From the IMG/VR virus record IMGVR_UViG_3300048924_000191, positions 179,379-243,378 of that record: 64,000 nt of DNA; one strand, given 5' to 3'. Under the pieces are notes generated by a model, which worked only from the letters and a program-made list of their open reading frames with translations, did no database searches and had not been told where the DNA came from. Positions 9,050 through 18,428 of this stretch are shown here, in pieces. Position 1 is the first letter of the stretch; every line of letters begins with the position of its first letter. The position numbers and the translations under genes are program-made.

Positions 9050-9471
9050 ATCCTCTCTCGACAGATTGTAACGGAGATCACACGGCCTGACTTTGGGAGG
9101 TAAACCCTATCGAAGAAGATCTGACTATCCTCGTGTCGCAGATAGTCTTTCAGGTACTTCACTATCCGGCGAGTTTCCCGATAGTCACTGCCGTGCAGAA
9201 CTGAGATCTCCTCGATGATACCGACATCGGATTCGACGTGGTGGTCGTGAGAGTGTTCCTGAAGGATGTCTACGAGATTGGCCAGAGCTTGGTACTCACA
9301 CTCTACCCAGAACTCAAACAACGCCCTCAGCAATTCACCGCTGATCTCCTCCCGAGTCGAACCTTGATAGTCCTCAGTCAACTCAAGACAGCTGATCGCA
9401 AGTTCTACCTTATCGATCAGCACCTGGTCAACATCGAAGACAAATGGCTCATCTTCGTTGTATTCCCTCAT
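9046..9471 (-). CDS. Hypothetical acidic protein
   Basis: Start MREYNED with an ATGA overlap. Confidence 0.7.
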   Translation of the reverse strand: MREYNEDEPFVFDVDQVLIDKVELAISCLELTEDYQGSTREEISGELLRALFEFWVECEYQALANLVDILQEHSHDHHVESDVGIIEEISVLHGSDYRETRRIVKYLKDYLRHEDSQIFFDRVYLPKSGRVISVTICRERM

Positions 9472-9863
9472 GAGACCACCAGTACATCGCCGTGTCGTGA
9501 CCACTCGACAGTGAAGATCTCTTCGGGGAACTCTCTGAGATCGTTCGGGAGGATATTCTCCAGTTCCATCAGCAGGTACTTGTACCGACGGTACTTGCCG
9601 ATGAACAACCCACTCAGGCCAAGGAACTCCCCGTACAGTCGTTCCCGTTCGATTTCCTTGACTTTATCGAGATCATTGAGAATGCGCTCAAACCCGTCGA
9701 ATGCATCATGGTCTCCTTCCAACAAGAGCGATACCAGCAAGAGACTGTACGTCTTGCGGATCACTTGGGATTTTACGAGCGGGTTGGAGACGTAGTCCGC
9801 CAGAGCCAACACCGCGCTGCCGGCATCTCGATCGATATCCAGCATTACTTTACGACGCGTCAT
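9468..9863 (-). CDS. Hypothetical protein
   Basis: Start MTRRKV with AAGGAAGG upstream. Confidence 0.65.
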   Translation of the reverse strand: MTRRKVMLDIDRDAGSAVLALADYVSNPLVKSQVIRKTYSLLLVSLLLEGDHDAFDGFERILNDLDKVKEIERERLYGEFLGLSGLFIGKYRRYKYLLMELENILPNDLREFPEEIFTVEWSRHGDVLVVS

Positions 9864-9882
9864 TTCTCTGCCTTCCTTCCAT

Positions 9883-10467
9883 TCATTCCAAGGGATCATT
9901 GGCCGTGCCAAGAGGTGGGGACAGTTCACCGGACTTGATGCGGGCTACGAAGTCATCTTCGATGGCTCGCTTGGCCAGCTCGGCAAACTTGTCGATTTCG
10001 GCTTGGGAGAGATCGTACTCTTCGATCACCTCGATCAAGACATGATTGCCGTCGACCATTACCACATCGGTGACGTTGAGCATGTCCTTGATAAACGAGA
10101 ACGTCCGCAGCATTGCTGACTTGTACTGGGAGTACCAGGAGTCGAGCATCACCGCCAGATTGTCGATGTTGTCCATTTCTGGTGGTTGGTTGGTCATCAA
10201 CATCAGACCTTCCCACGCACGCGTATCGTTCAGGAACGCCAGCGTCAACGCAGCTTCCAGAATCGGGGCTGGGTCGAGGTTGGTTGACTGCGCGACATCA
10301 TCGAGACCGAGATGGTCGCAGGTAAGAATGAATCGATGAAAACGGTTCCCGATCGTCTGTGTCTCTAGACAGTGATCGGAAGTCACGTAACTTCTTGTCG
10401 AAGTCGAGGGGGATGAACTCTCCAGCTTCTCGACAAGCTTCGAGGAAATCTTCGAATCGTTGCTCAC
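9883..10467 (-). CDS. Hypothetical acidic protein
   Basis: 194 aa, GTG start with GGAGG 5 nt upstream. The start is uncertain because of a 170-nt overlap. Confidence 0.65.
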   Translation of the reverse strand: MSNDSKISSKLVEKLESSSPSTSTRSYVTSDHCLETQTIGNRFHRFILTCDHLGLDDVAQSTNLDPAPILEAALTLAFLNDTRAWEGLMLMTNQPPEMDNIDNLAVMLDSWYSQYKSAMLRTFSFIKDMLNVTDVVMVDGNHVLIEVIEEYDLSQAEIDKFAELAKRAIEDDFVARIKSGELSPPLGTANDPLE

Positions 10468-10837
10468 GGGGGCCTCCGGGCAATAGAAAGTGAATTGTGA
10501 TCACATGGTCGTCGGGGAAGATCCGAGCCTCTGTGAACGTCCAGTCAAACTCAGCAGTCAGGCGCACCTCACGGCGTACGTGTTCTGTGAATTGAATAAC
10601 CGTGTTGGTGATTACCGCTCTGGCTTCAGGGGTGATTCTGAGTTTGTCTAGTTTCTGGTAAGGCGTCTCGGCCATCCAATCAAACGTACTAACCGCGGAG
10701 GCCAATAACAATTCGATTGGTTTATCGTGAGCGTAGAAGATGTCGTCGCCACCTTCCTCGAAAGCCCTTTTCAAACGACGGTACCACGATCGGGTTTCTA
10801 AGACGATGACATTACCAGGAGTGCTCGCCACAACCAT
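10298..10837 (-). CDS. Conserved hypothetical protein of the PhuZ-polymerase block
   Basis: 179 aa, RBS GGAG, C-terminal FEDFLEACREAGEFIP. Confidence 0.7.
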   Translation of the reverse strand: MVVASTPGNVIVLETRSWYRRLKRAFEEGGDDIFYAHDKPIELLLASAVSTFDWMAETPYQKLDKLRITPEARAVITNTVIQFTEHVRREVRLTAEFDWTFTEARIFPDDHVITIHFLLPGGPREQRFEDFLEACREAGEFIPLDFDKKLRDFRSLSRDTDDREPFSSIHSYLRPSRSR

Positions 10838-11258
10838 ACTCCTTCCCGAAACGCCTCATCCAGTCTTCGAGACGGAAGTCTTCCCCCATGGTGATCGAAA
10901 CCTGTTCACCGTGGCGATGGAGGTCGAAGTAGTGCCATGTTGGGAATTCGGCAAATTGACGTAACCACTGATCTACTCTGGTAATAAGCTCATCCGCTAA
11001 GTCATGCGGACTGAAATGTCGGTCGATCGATACTGGCATCATCCTAAGGTACGTTTCAGCCGAGAACTCAGCACGGCGTTTAGTCCAGGTCATCTTCTCG
11101 GTGAAGAAGTTATCGATAACTGCCCAGACCACCTCGCCGCATTGAACACGATCACGTCTGTTGAAGTCGATATCGTTCTTCTTCAGTTCGTGGGCCAGCC
11201 ATGACGCGATGTCATGGAAATCGATGAGACAGCTGTCTCCAGGCTCTTTCAATTGCAC
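10812..11258 (-). CDS. Conserved hypothetical protein of the PhuZ-polymerase block
   Basis: 148 aa ending MGEDFRLEDWMRRFGKEY; operon context. Confidence 0.7.
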   Translation of the reverse strand: MQLKEPGDSCLIDFHDIASWLAHELKKNDIDFNRRDRVQCGEVVWAVIDNFFTEKMTWTKRRAEFSAETYLRMMPVSIDRHFSPHDLADELITRVDQWLRQFAEFPTWHYFDLHRHGEQVSITMGEDFRLEDWMRRFGKEYGCGEHSW

Positions 11259-11640
11259 TGTTAGTCCCCATCATCAAAATGTCGCCTTCCAGGAAGAAGG
11301 TAATCCCGTTCTCTGTGACGTCGAAGTCACGAGGCGCTGGCAGAATGCGCAACAGGTCTATTCGTTCTGCGTGGGCAACGGTTAGTAATCGCCCTCGCTC
11401 TTCCTGGAAATTGTTTGGAATAGCGTCCAGCAAATGGGCACTCACGGTTGGTACTGCATGGGCCTTACTGTATACATTGGCAAACCACGTCTCATAGACG
11501 GCTGGTTCAAAAGGCCCTCCATTCTCCATCTTTCGACGCAGATCCTTCAGATCCACCACGGCGATCTTTGGACGTCTGAATAACTGGGATGGGTTCGAGT
11601 CGACACGGGCGGCTCTACCATCTATGTTCCATCTTGACAT
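11212..11640 (-). CDS. Hypothetical protein
   Basis: Start MSRWNID with GGGGG upstream; first gene of the block. Confidence 0.6.
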   Translation of the reverse strand: MSRWNIDGRAARVDSNPSQLFRRPKIAVVDLKDLRRKMENGGPFEPAVYETWFANVYSKAHAVPTVSAHLLDAIPNNFQEERGRLLTVAHAERIDLLRILPAPRDFDVTENGITFFLEGDILMMGTNSAIERAWRQLSHRFP

Positions 11641-11802
11641 CGATAAGCCCCCTGGTGTGTACATGATTAGCTGACTACGTAACAAAGTACGCCAATAGCT
11701 CCTGAGACGCTCTCTCGCACGTTTTCTCATCTGGCCCTACCGACGACAAAAAGAAAAGAAGAAAAGCTCACCACAGGCCGTTTAGGACTGTGGTGAGTAG
11801 GT

Positions 11803-12027
11803 CTAGCCAAATGACGGTATCGAGATACTGTCAGCAAATTCTGGCAACGTCGGCCGATTGATGACCTCATGCAAGTGAGGGTCGTATTTCTCTTCGGGGA
11901 ATGCACCGTGCCACTCACCGTGGATACAACGTCCGCAGAGTTGCTGCCCTCCGGAGTTTTCGCTCACGCTACAGCGCAAGTGATCCAGGTTGCCGCAATT
12001 ATCGCAGCAGAACCACATGTTGATCAT
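11803..12027 (-). CDS. Small Cys-rich Zn-binding protein
   Basis: 74 aa, CCDNCG..C..LCGRCIHGEWHG; RBS GAGG; followed by a terminator. Confidence 0.65.
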   Translation of the reverse strand: MINMWFCCDNCGNLDHLRCSVSENSGGQQLCGRCIHGEWHGAFPEEKYDPHLHEVINRPTLPEFADSISIPSFG

Positions 12028-12093
12028 GACGGCTTTCCTCAGTGAACGACATACAGCGGGGACCGAAGTCCCCGCCGCAGTCAGGTTGGTCTG

Positions 12094-13101
12094 TTAGAAC
12101 AGACCGGTCTCGTCATCGGCTTTACCGGAACCGCCCAGGAGGGAGACAACCGGAGCCTTGACTTGCTGTTGCTGTTCGAGATCCGTACGTTGCTTGATCA
12201 GGTCCTTGAACAGCGAAGCTGCCGAAGCAGTAGATACCGCGAAGTAGAACGAGTTCGCGTAGACATCGCCTTCGTTGTTGCGCATGTAGCCGGCGGTGTC
12301 GTAGACGGAGTTCAGCTTCGGAATGGTTTCGTTACGATCACGCGCCACGGCTGCGTAAGCAGCGATCGGCATTTCCAGATCTTTGAACTTGTTGACATCT
12401 GCGGCGATGTGCAGCAGAGCCACGCCAGGACCGAAGTGGGTGACGGTGTGGTAGTCGAACACGTTGTTGACGTCGGCAGTGTCCATCGATTCGTTCATGC
12501 CGCTGAACAGGATCGACATCGCAGCCAGGTCGAAGGTAGGACCGACGTTGTTGGCATCGCGGGACTTGCTTTCGTCGTTCTTGTGCAGTGCGATCACGAT
12601 CGGACGGCCGGTGGTGCGGGTGGTGTCTTCCATACCGGTCAGGGTGCGGATGAAGTTGTCGACACGCTTGTAGCTCTCGTTGGAGCTGACGGCCAGGATG
12701 GCGCAGTGGTGGCCTTTCTGGTGCAGGTACTTGACCATGATTTGCGCGATGGCAGGACCAGTACCGCCGGTCAGGCTGGTGACGATGATGTTCTTGTCAC
12801 CCGGCTGGAACTTGGACGTGATGTCCGGCATTGCAGCCAGTACCGCAGCACCCACCGCTTTACGGTCACCGCCAGCACCATCCATCACGGTACCGTCTGG
12901 ACGCTTGACGTGGTAGACCTTGTCAGCCGAAACGCCGACCAGGTTGGACAGCGAGGTATCGACGAAAGCGTATTGCTCATCACCCAGCAAGTGGGTGTGC
13001 TTCGGCGAATTGTCCTGATAGGCGCGCAGGATGTTGGCGCCAGTACCACCAGCGGCGTAGATGCGTACGGTGCGACGTTGTGCGGTAATCAATTCAGACA
13101 T
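12094..13101 (-). CDS. phuZ: PhuZ phage tubulin
   Basis: 335 aa with GGTGANI, GAGGDR and the tubulin signature GGTGP, plus an acidic C-tail ADDETGLF. Confidence 0.95.
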   Translation of the reverse strand: MSELITAQRRTVRIYAAGGTGANILRAYQDNSPKHTHLLGDEQYAFVDTSLSNLVGVSADKVYHVKRPDGTVMDGAGGDRKAVGAAVLAAMPDITSKFQPGDKNIIVTSLTGGTGPAIAQIMVKYLHQKGHHCAILAVSSNESYKRVDNFIRTLTGMEDTTRTTGRPIVIALHKNDESKSRDANNVGPTFDLAAMSILFSGMNESMDTADVNNVFDYHTVTHFGPGVALLHIAADVNKFKDLEMPIAAYAAVARDRNETIPKLNSVYDTAGYMRNNEGDVYANSFYFAVSTASAASLFKDLIKQRTDLEQQQQVKAPVVSLLGGSGKADDETGLF

Positions 13102-13180
13102 CTTGTATCTCCAGTGGATTGTAACAAAGTACGCAAGGCAGTGGTATGTCCACTACGAATCGCAATACGGAGGGTGGTTT

Positions 13181-14020
13181 ATGGACCCGATCTCTGTCGC
13201 GATGGTCCGCATCATGAATGGCGGTATCCCTCGTGACATTCTGAAACAGGTGTTTACTGCAAGACGCTATGACCCGACGGCTGACGATCGTTACTTCGAC
13301 AACTCGTTAGGTACATCGATTGAGGAACAGATCCGCCTCAAAGTCATTGAAGGTCGCGTGGCGATCGACATGAGCGTTATCGGTGGTACCGAAGTCACTC
13401 TGCCCATGCGGATGGCTCAACGTGAATACGTCGATGCATGGAACGTGATCTACCGATTCGACCGCAGGTTCACGGGCGGGCGGCGGATCATCTCGGTTTC
13501 GGAGATGACGTACGGCATGACTCAAGCGCTAGGCACCGGGGGTTCTCCTGGTTACGACAGCCGTGCGAGTCAATTCATGCTCAACTCTCGTAACCTTCTA
13601 CGAGCAACGACCGGTGTCGGTACGCTTTCGACGTCCTACGTCCAGCTCATCGGTCCCAACGCTGTACTGGTCAACGATGTCAACCAAGTGATCGGCGATT
13701 CCCTGTTGCGGTGTCGTCTGGCGCACGAAGCGAACTTCAACGACATCCAGCCTGCTTACTGGCATGACTTTGGCGAACTGATTGTCAGAGCGCTCAAGTC
13801 TTACATCTGGGCACAGCTGGTGATCGACATCGACGAGAACCAGATCCGCGGTGGTGCAACCATTGGCCGCATCCGTGAGATCGTTGACGGTTACGCTGAT
13901 GCTGAACAGATGTACATGGAGTTTCTCCAGAACGACTGGGCGAAGCTTCGTATCCTTTCTGACCCTCAGCAGATGCGGAAGATCAGCAAGTGGATTCTCG
14001 GCGGCAGGCCTCATCGGTAA
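13181..14020 (+). CDS. Conserved virion structural protein (phiKZ gp32-like, tentative)
   Basis: Start MDPISVAM with GGAGG and a TATG late-type motif upstream. Family call is from recall. Confidence 0.6.
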   Translation: MDPISVAMVRIMNGGIPRDILKQVFTARRYDPTADDRYFDNSLGTSIEEQIRLKVIEGRVAIDMSVIGGTEVTLPMRMAQREYVDAWNVIYRFDRRFTGGRRIISVSEMTYGMTQALGTGGSPGYDSRASQFMLNSRNLLRATTGVGTLSTSYVQLIGPNAVLVNDVNQVIGDSLLRCRLAHEANFNDIQPAYWHDFGELIVRALKSYIWAQLVIDIDENQIRGGATIGRIREIVDGYADAEQMYMEFLQNDWAKLRILSDPQQMRKISKWILGGRPHR

Positions 14021-14094
14021 CGTCATGGTGGTAATGTATCACCAGAAATCCGTAGAGTATCGGAGAGGGGTTTCGCCCCTCTCCGTCTATGCCG

Positions 14095-14604
14095 TCACTG
14101 TACCGATTCGCCTTTGAGCATCAAGTGCAAGGCATCCTTCTCATCCACAACGAGATGACCTTCGTCACGGAGCATGTCTTTGATCTCACCGTCACCATTC
14201 ATCAGGTAGAGGATCTTGGACATGCCTTGCGGTACAGTGTCCTCTGGACGAACGACTTGGACGACCTGATAGACATCACTCGTTTTGAGTTCAGGTACAT
14301 ACACGCCGTTGATCACGTTGTTCACTGCATTGTCTGCGTTCATGCTCGGCAAGCCGGAATGCACACCGTCACTGGAGCCCTCAGTGGAATAACCGAGGGT
14401 TGGGATGTGTACTCTCCATCCCTTGCTTTCCAGACTGTCTGCGATCTTGATCACCTCAGCAGTGATGTTGTCATCCTGCATAGGTAATTCAATCAGTACG
14501 TCTCCCTGAGAGACGTACCCTTCCTCGTTAGCAAACTTCGCTGACGTAGGATCGGCTTTTTCCATCGAGAGAGCATCGTCAAGCAGTTTAGCGTAAAGAG
14601 ACAT
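14095..14604 (-). CDS. Hypothetical protein
   Basis: 169 aa, GAGG upstream, ends at a hairpin. Confidence 0.7.
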   Translation of the reverse strand: MSLYAKLLDDALSMEKADPTSAKFANEEGYVSQGDVLIELPMQDDNITAEVIKIADSLESKGWRVHIPTLGYSTEGSSDGVHSGLPSMNADNAVNNVINGVYVPELKTSDVYQVVQVVRPEDTVPQGMSKILYLMNGDGEIKDMLRDEGHLVVDEKDALHLMLKGESVQ

Positions 14605-14753
14605 GGTAAGAAATCCTCAAAGAAGTAATCAAATCAATACATCCCATTAACATTCCATAATACTTAAAGTACTTAAACGACGTCATAGAGCCAGGTGGTT
14701 TTAGGACCACCTGGCATTTGAATAAGTTTTCTTAGATACGATTCTTTTATCCG

Positions 14754-14765
14754 GTAACTTTTTAC
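14754..14765 (-). promoter_or_regulatory. Middle-type promoter motif GTAAAAAGTTAC
   Basis: Identical to the copies at 2982 and 34371. Confidence 0.5.
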
Positions 14766-14966
14766 GATGGCTCTATAGGGCCTTCGGCCCTATTAAGAAG
14801 ATTCTGTCCGACTTCGCTTCGCTGGTCTACCAGAATCCTGGTTTATCCCTATCACCATCCAACCCGGATGTTTACTTCGTAAACATCCACCCTTCCTTCC
14901 TCTTTCCCAAGATGAATTTGAGTGGAACATAGAATAACTACAGCCCAGTAAGAACTCACCGAGAGC

Positions 14967-15007
14967 AAAAAAAAAGAAAGAGGTAGAGGAGCCGAAGCCC
15001 CTCTACC
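14967..15007 (-). terminator. Intrinsic terminator
   Basis: GGTAGAGGGGC-TTCG-GCTCCTCTACC followed by a long T run. Confidence 0.85.
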
Positions 15008-15010
15008 GAA

Positions 15011-15451
15011 TCATTGAATGATGATCGCACCGTCGGTGATGTAACCGACGTGACGGAACTGACGGATCAGGTGAACCATGATTGGGTCGATGGCAGCACG
15101 CACCCACCATTGATCGAATGTCTCGCCTTCGTTCATCGGAAACTCGATGACGACTACGTTACTCGAGTCGGTGAGAGCGCGCTTAGCCAATTGACTTGCC
15201 CAGACATGGGTTCGGAGCTTTCGTTTGCGGTTGACGTGTTTCCGGTAGTAGTCACTGACTGCATCGAACCACACCGTCCCCACGAAGTAGAACCACTCTT
15301 CATCATCGCCTGCGTGTTTCCGCAGTTTGTCCATGACCTCGACCTTGTCGACGATGTAGAGAATTTCCCGACGGTTCGATCGGTATTCTTTACTCTTCTT
15401 CATGCACTCGTCGTTAGCGATCGAACATCGGGTTACTTCAGAAAGCTCCAT
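15011..15451 (-). CDS. Hypothetical protein
   Basis: Start MELSEV with GGGAG upstream. Confidence 0.65.
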   Translation of the reverse strand: MELSEVTRCSIANDECMKKSKEYRSNRREILYIVDKVEVMDKLRKHAGDDEEWFYFVGTVWFDAVSDYYRKHVNRKRKLRTHVWASQLAKRALTDSSNVVVIEFPMNEGETFDQWWVRAAIDPIMVHLIRQFRHVGYITDGAIIIQ

Positions 15452-15461
15452 GTCCGTCTCC

Positions 15462-15812
15462 CTACTCGTCAAACCCCGTGTTGTCTTCGATCTCAGCCTT
15501 CCAGCGCCCACCGGCGGCTTCCAGAGAAATACCGTCAACATGACCGCCGTAGTGCTTCGCTACGCGCCGCAACAAGATCGGGTGGTAGTTGTGGTCGCCC
15601 ATGAGGACATCGCTCCCACAGAGCTTGTCGAGGAGACCTACGTCCACGTTCTCCACCTTTCCGTCAGGGTGGACTACCTGGATACCGTACCACTTGCAGT
15701 AGTTCTCCATGGTCACGATCGGCACGTCGTGCTTCTCGACGTAGATCAGTGGGAGACCACGCCAGGAGTAGTGGATATGGACCGGCGTCTTTTCGCGTTC
15801 TTGCTCAGACAT
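15462..15812 (-). CDS. Hypothetical protein
   Basis: 116 aa, TAATG coupling. Confidence 0.65.
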   Translation of the reverse strand: MSEQEREKTPVHIHYSWRGLPLIYVEKHDVPIVTMENYCKWYGIQVVHPDGKVENVDVGLLDKLCGSDVLMGDHNYHPILLRRVAKHYGGHVDGISLEAAGGRWKAEIEDNTGFDE

Positions 15813-16039
15813 TATTCTTCCTCGTCCGGCTCTTCACCGGGTGGTGGTTTCATGGATTCGCGCATCTCTTCAGCCTCGACGCGCTCTTGTTCTTCGACCA
15901 CGTAGATCCGACGGATCTGAGGAACGGTCATACCGTCGAAGTCGCCCTTGTTGGCACGGACCTCGTAGTCTTCCATCGCTTCTGGGTCGAAGTTCTCACC
16001 CATGTCAGCGATTGGGTATTTACTCTCTTTCTTGCTCAT
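15812..16039 (-). CDS. Small acidic hypothetical protein
   Basis: Start MSKKESK with GGAG upstream. Confidence 0.6.
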   Translation of the reverse strand: MSKKESKYPIADMGENFDPEAMEDYEVRANKGDFDGMTVPQIRRIYVVEEQERVEAEEMRESMKPPPGEEPDEEE

Positions 16040-16550
16040 GCTCTTCTCCAAACATCCGCACAGACAGTTGGTATAAATCTTTGGCGGAGTTGATGATTTC
16101 GAAATCGGTTGGTGTGCGCTCAGCCCAGGCACGCTCACAGAAGGTGTAATCGGGACACCCTTCACCGATAACCTTGTAGACGTGCTTCTTGCACAACACC
16201 ATACCGAACCATTTGTAGAGGCGTTTGAAATACGTGACCCTAGTGTATTCCCGAATCTCGTACATCACGCCCATTTGAGGAGTCCACCGCTTAGCGCGGG
16301 TGATCTCCTCTTCGTGACTACCCTCCTTACCGACAATCAATTGGCCGAGTGGAATGGTTTTGATATTCGGCAGTCCGTCACTGTTGATCCCACGGATCAA
16401 TGCCAGGTACGTCCACCGCAATTGGAAGCCAGTGGTGTCAGTGATAGACCCAATGTCGACTTCGCCCCGGTTGTACAAGACTTTGTCGAACGCGATCAGA
16501 ATCTTCTTGTGACCTCCTTTGGAGTCACGACTTTCCTGGAATTGAATCAT
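16020..16550 (-). CDS. Hypothetical protein
   Basis: 176 aa, GAGG upstream. Confidence 0.65.
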   Translation of the reverse strand: MIQFQESRDSKGGHKKILIAFDKVLYNRGEVDIGSITDTTGFQLRWTYLALIRGINSDGLPNIKTIPLGQLIVGKEGSHEEEITRAKRWTPQMGVMYEIREYTRVTYFKRLYKWFGMVLCKKHVYKVIGEGCPDYTFCERAWAERTPTDFEIINSAKDLYQLSVRMFGEEHEQERE

Positions 16551-16557
16551 ACAGACC

Positions 16558-17373
16558 TCAGAACTTGGTGATAGACACGCCGTTGTTGAGGAAGGTACGT
16601 TCCTCCAGTTGATTCATACGAAGGTCGGTGATGACCCCTGGAGCTTTACGAACGAACTCGAGGTCTTTGCGTAGAAACGCAATACCGCCTTTGCTGTCGT
16701 CAATGCGATGGCAGAACGGTTGTGGAACATTGGGACAGATCTTCATGTGCTCTGGCGCTACCCACAACCGCCCTCTGAGCGGCCGTCCATACATCGAACG
16801 GATCTCACTGGTCAGGTATTTCGGCCAATCGCTCAGCCCGCCCTCATCCTCACGATGGGCCATGTCGGTACATTCGGCCTGATTCATCCACCAGAGGAGG
16901 AAATCATCCGGTTTAGGCGGCTCTTCTGGAAGTTCCAGCTCAGCCGATGTAGCCGACTCGATCTGCTGGTTGGCTTCTTCAGCTTCACGCAAGATCAGCT
17001 GCCAACGATGCGCTGGTCCGCAATGTGCCCACTGACCCCAGACTTTGGGTGAGAACTTCTCAACCCATTCGTCCGGTGGCTGGAACCGATCGGTGAACGT
17101 GTAGTGGGTAAGACCAGACTCGAAGATCTCGATGTCTCGAGCTTCAGGCCAGGCCTTACTGATCAACTGCACGTCCTCGGCGTAGGCGACGATGATGCAA
17201 CCTTCCACCTTATCGCCGTAGGTGCCGGTACACCACCATGGATGCGGCCAAGGCCAGTGTGCTTCCACCGGCCGACAGTCCGTGTAGTCGGAGTGAAACC
17301 GCACACGATGTACGACCTTCCCTTCCGGCACTGGGGCTTTGATGATTTTGTGTTGAATTACTTCTACGGCCAC
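16558..17373 (-). CDS. Hypothetical two-domain protein
   Basis: 271 aa with a Trp-rich WPWPHPWWCTG..TDRF N-terminal half; GGAGG upstream. Confidence 0.7.
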   Translation of the reverse strand: MAVEVIQHKIIKAPVPEGKVVHRVRFHSDYTDCRPVEAHWPWPHPWWCTGTYGDKVEGCIIVAYAEDVQLISKAWPEARDIEIFESGLTHYTFTDRFQPPDEWVEKFSPKVWGQWAHCGPAHRWQLILREAEEANQQIESATSAELELPEEPPKPDDFLLWWMNQAECTDMAHREDEGGLSDWPKYLTSEIRSMYGRPLRGRLWVAPEHMKICPNVPQPFCHRIDDSKGGIAFLRKDLEFVRKAPGVITDLRMNQLEERTFLNNGVSITKF

Positions 17374-17374
17374 G

Positions 17375-18136
17375 TTAGACCTCCCAGGACAGTTTGAAAT
17401 CGCCAGCGATCGCGATGGTCAATTGCTTGAGCGTCGGGATGTAGCTGACGGTAAAGCCGGCGTCGTTCAGACGACGGGTGCTGTCCAGATCCAGTTGGCC
17501 ATCGACCAGGATACGACGGCGCAGCTTCTTGACGATAGCGAGGTAGGTCGGAGAGGACGCTTCAGCTTCGGTGTCAGCCTGAATCTGTGCAGGCGTACGT
17601 GCAGGCTTGCCCAGACGCACATCAGGATCTGGCGACACCACACCGCGGAAGATTTCCAGGTACTTGATAATCGAGTCGAGTTCACTCCACTTCACCGATG
17701 GGATACAGCCACCCAGAACCAGACGTTCCGGTTCTTGCAGCATCTTCTCGTGGAACTCGTTCAGCGGAGTCATCGGAACCTCGACCTTCCCGATCACACG
17801 AGGTTTGCCGATGCTGAGCTCAGTGACAGGCCCTGCTGGGGGAGTTTGCTCCCAAACGATTTCGGCATCGACGATCTTGGACTTCTCCGAGCGACGATTG
17901 ACCACCGCGTTGTGGACGATCTGCTGGAACTCTTCTTCCGACATCATCGGCATGCTTTCGAAGCTGGTGTCTTTGCCCAGTTCAGCGTCCAGTTCACCAG
18001 CCTTCACGGCACGGTCCACGACACCACTGAAGAATTCCTGAGACAGTTGCTCGTGGGTCATCAGATGTTCTTCTTGCATGTAGGCCATCAGACCAGCCAT
18101 GCGGGAATTTTGTTGCGAAGTGATAAATTGAGTCAT
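17375..18136 (-). CDS. Hypothetical protein
   Basis: The real start is probably MTQFITS (GGAG), because a terminator hairpin at 18171-18194 interrupts the longer frame's leader. Confidence 0.7.
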   Translation of the reverse strand: MTQFITSQQNSRMAGLMAYMQEEHLMTHEQLSQEFFSGVVDRAVKAGELDAELGKDTSFESMPMMSEEEFQQIVHNAVVNRRSEKSKIVDAEIVWEQTPPAGPVTELSIGKPRVIGKVEVPMTPLNEFHEKMLQEPERLVLGGCIPSVKWSELDSIIKYLEIFRGVVSPDPDVRLGKPARTPAQIQADTEAEASSPTYLAIVKKLRRRILVDGQLDLDSTRRLNDAGFTVSYIPTLKQLTIAIAGDFKLSWEV

Positions 18137-18227
18137 GGTATTTCTCCAATGGTTCATCAAACGGCATACAGGGAGGTATCCGAAGACACCTCCCCAAATG
18201 ATCAATAACAAGGGTAAGAACTTACCT

Positions 18228-18398
18228 TCAGTCCACGTCTTCAGCGCAGGACTTGCAGTAGAACTCATGGGTGTAGGTACCGTTACTTACGGGTCTGGAA
18301 ATCTTCACGACCGCCCGCTTCGTACAGTTGTTTCCGTCGCAGTCCTGGACGTCACCTGAGTGTAAGTGTTCGCGTTTGACTTGTTTCACTACTTCCAT
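18228..18398 (-). CDS. 56-aa McsA-like Zn-finger microprotein
   Basis: Manual translation MEVVKQVKREHLHSGDVQDCDGNNCTKRAVVKISRPVSNGTYTHEFYCKSCAEDVD. It has RBS GGGGAGG, its own promoter-like motif and its own terminator. Confidence 0.75.
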   Translation of the reverse strand: MEVVKQVKREHLHSGDVQDCDGNNCTKRAVVKISRPVSNGTYTHEFYCKSCAEDVD

Positions 18399-18428
18399 TT
18401 CGATGTCCTCCCCGGACAGTTTATTGCA

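Noticed and set aside
13061-13180. Longer N-termini from the ORF track (also 2976, 18268, 18436, 27343, 29454, 41546, 57489, 61357)
   Set aside because: They overlap neighbouring genes, promoters or terminators; downstream ATGs have better RBSs or coupling.
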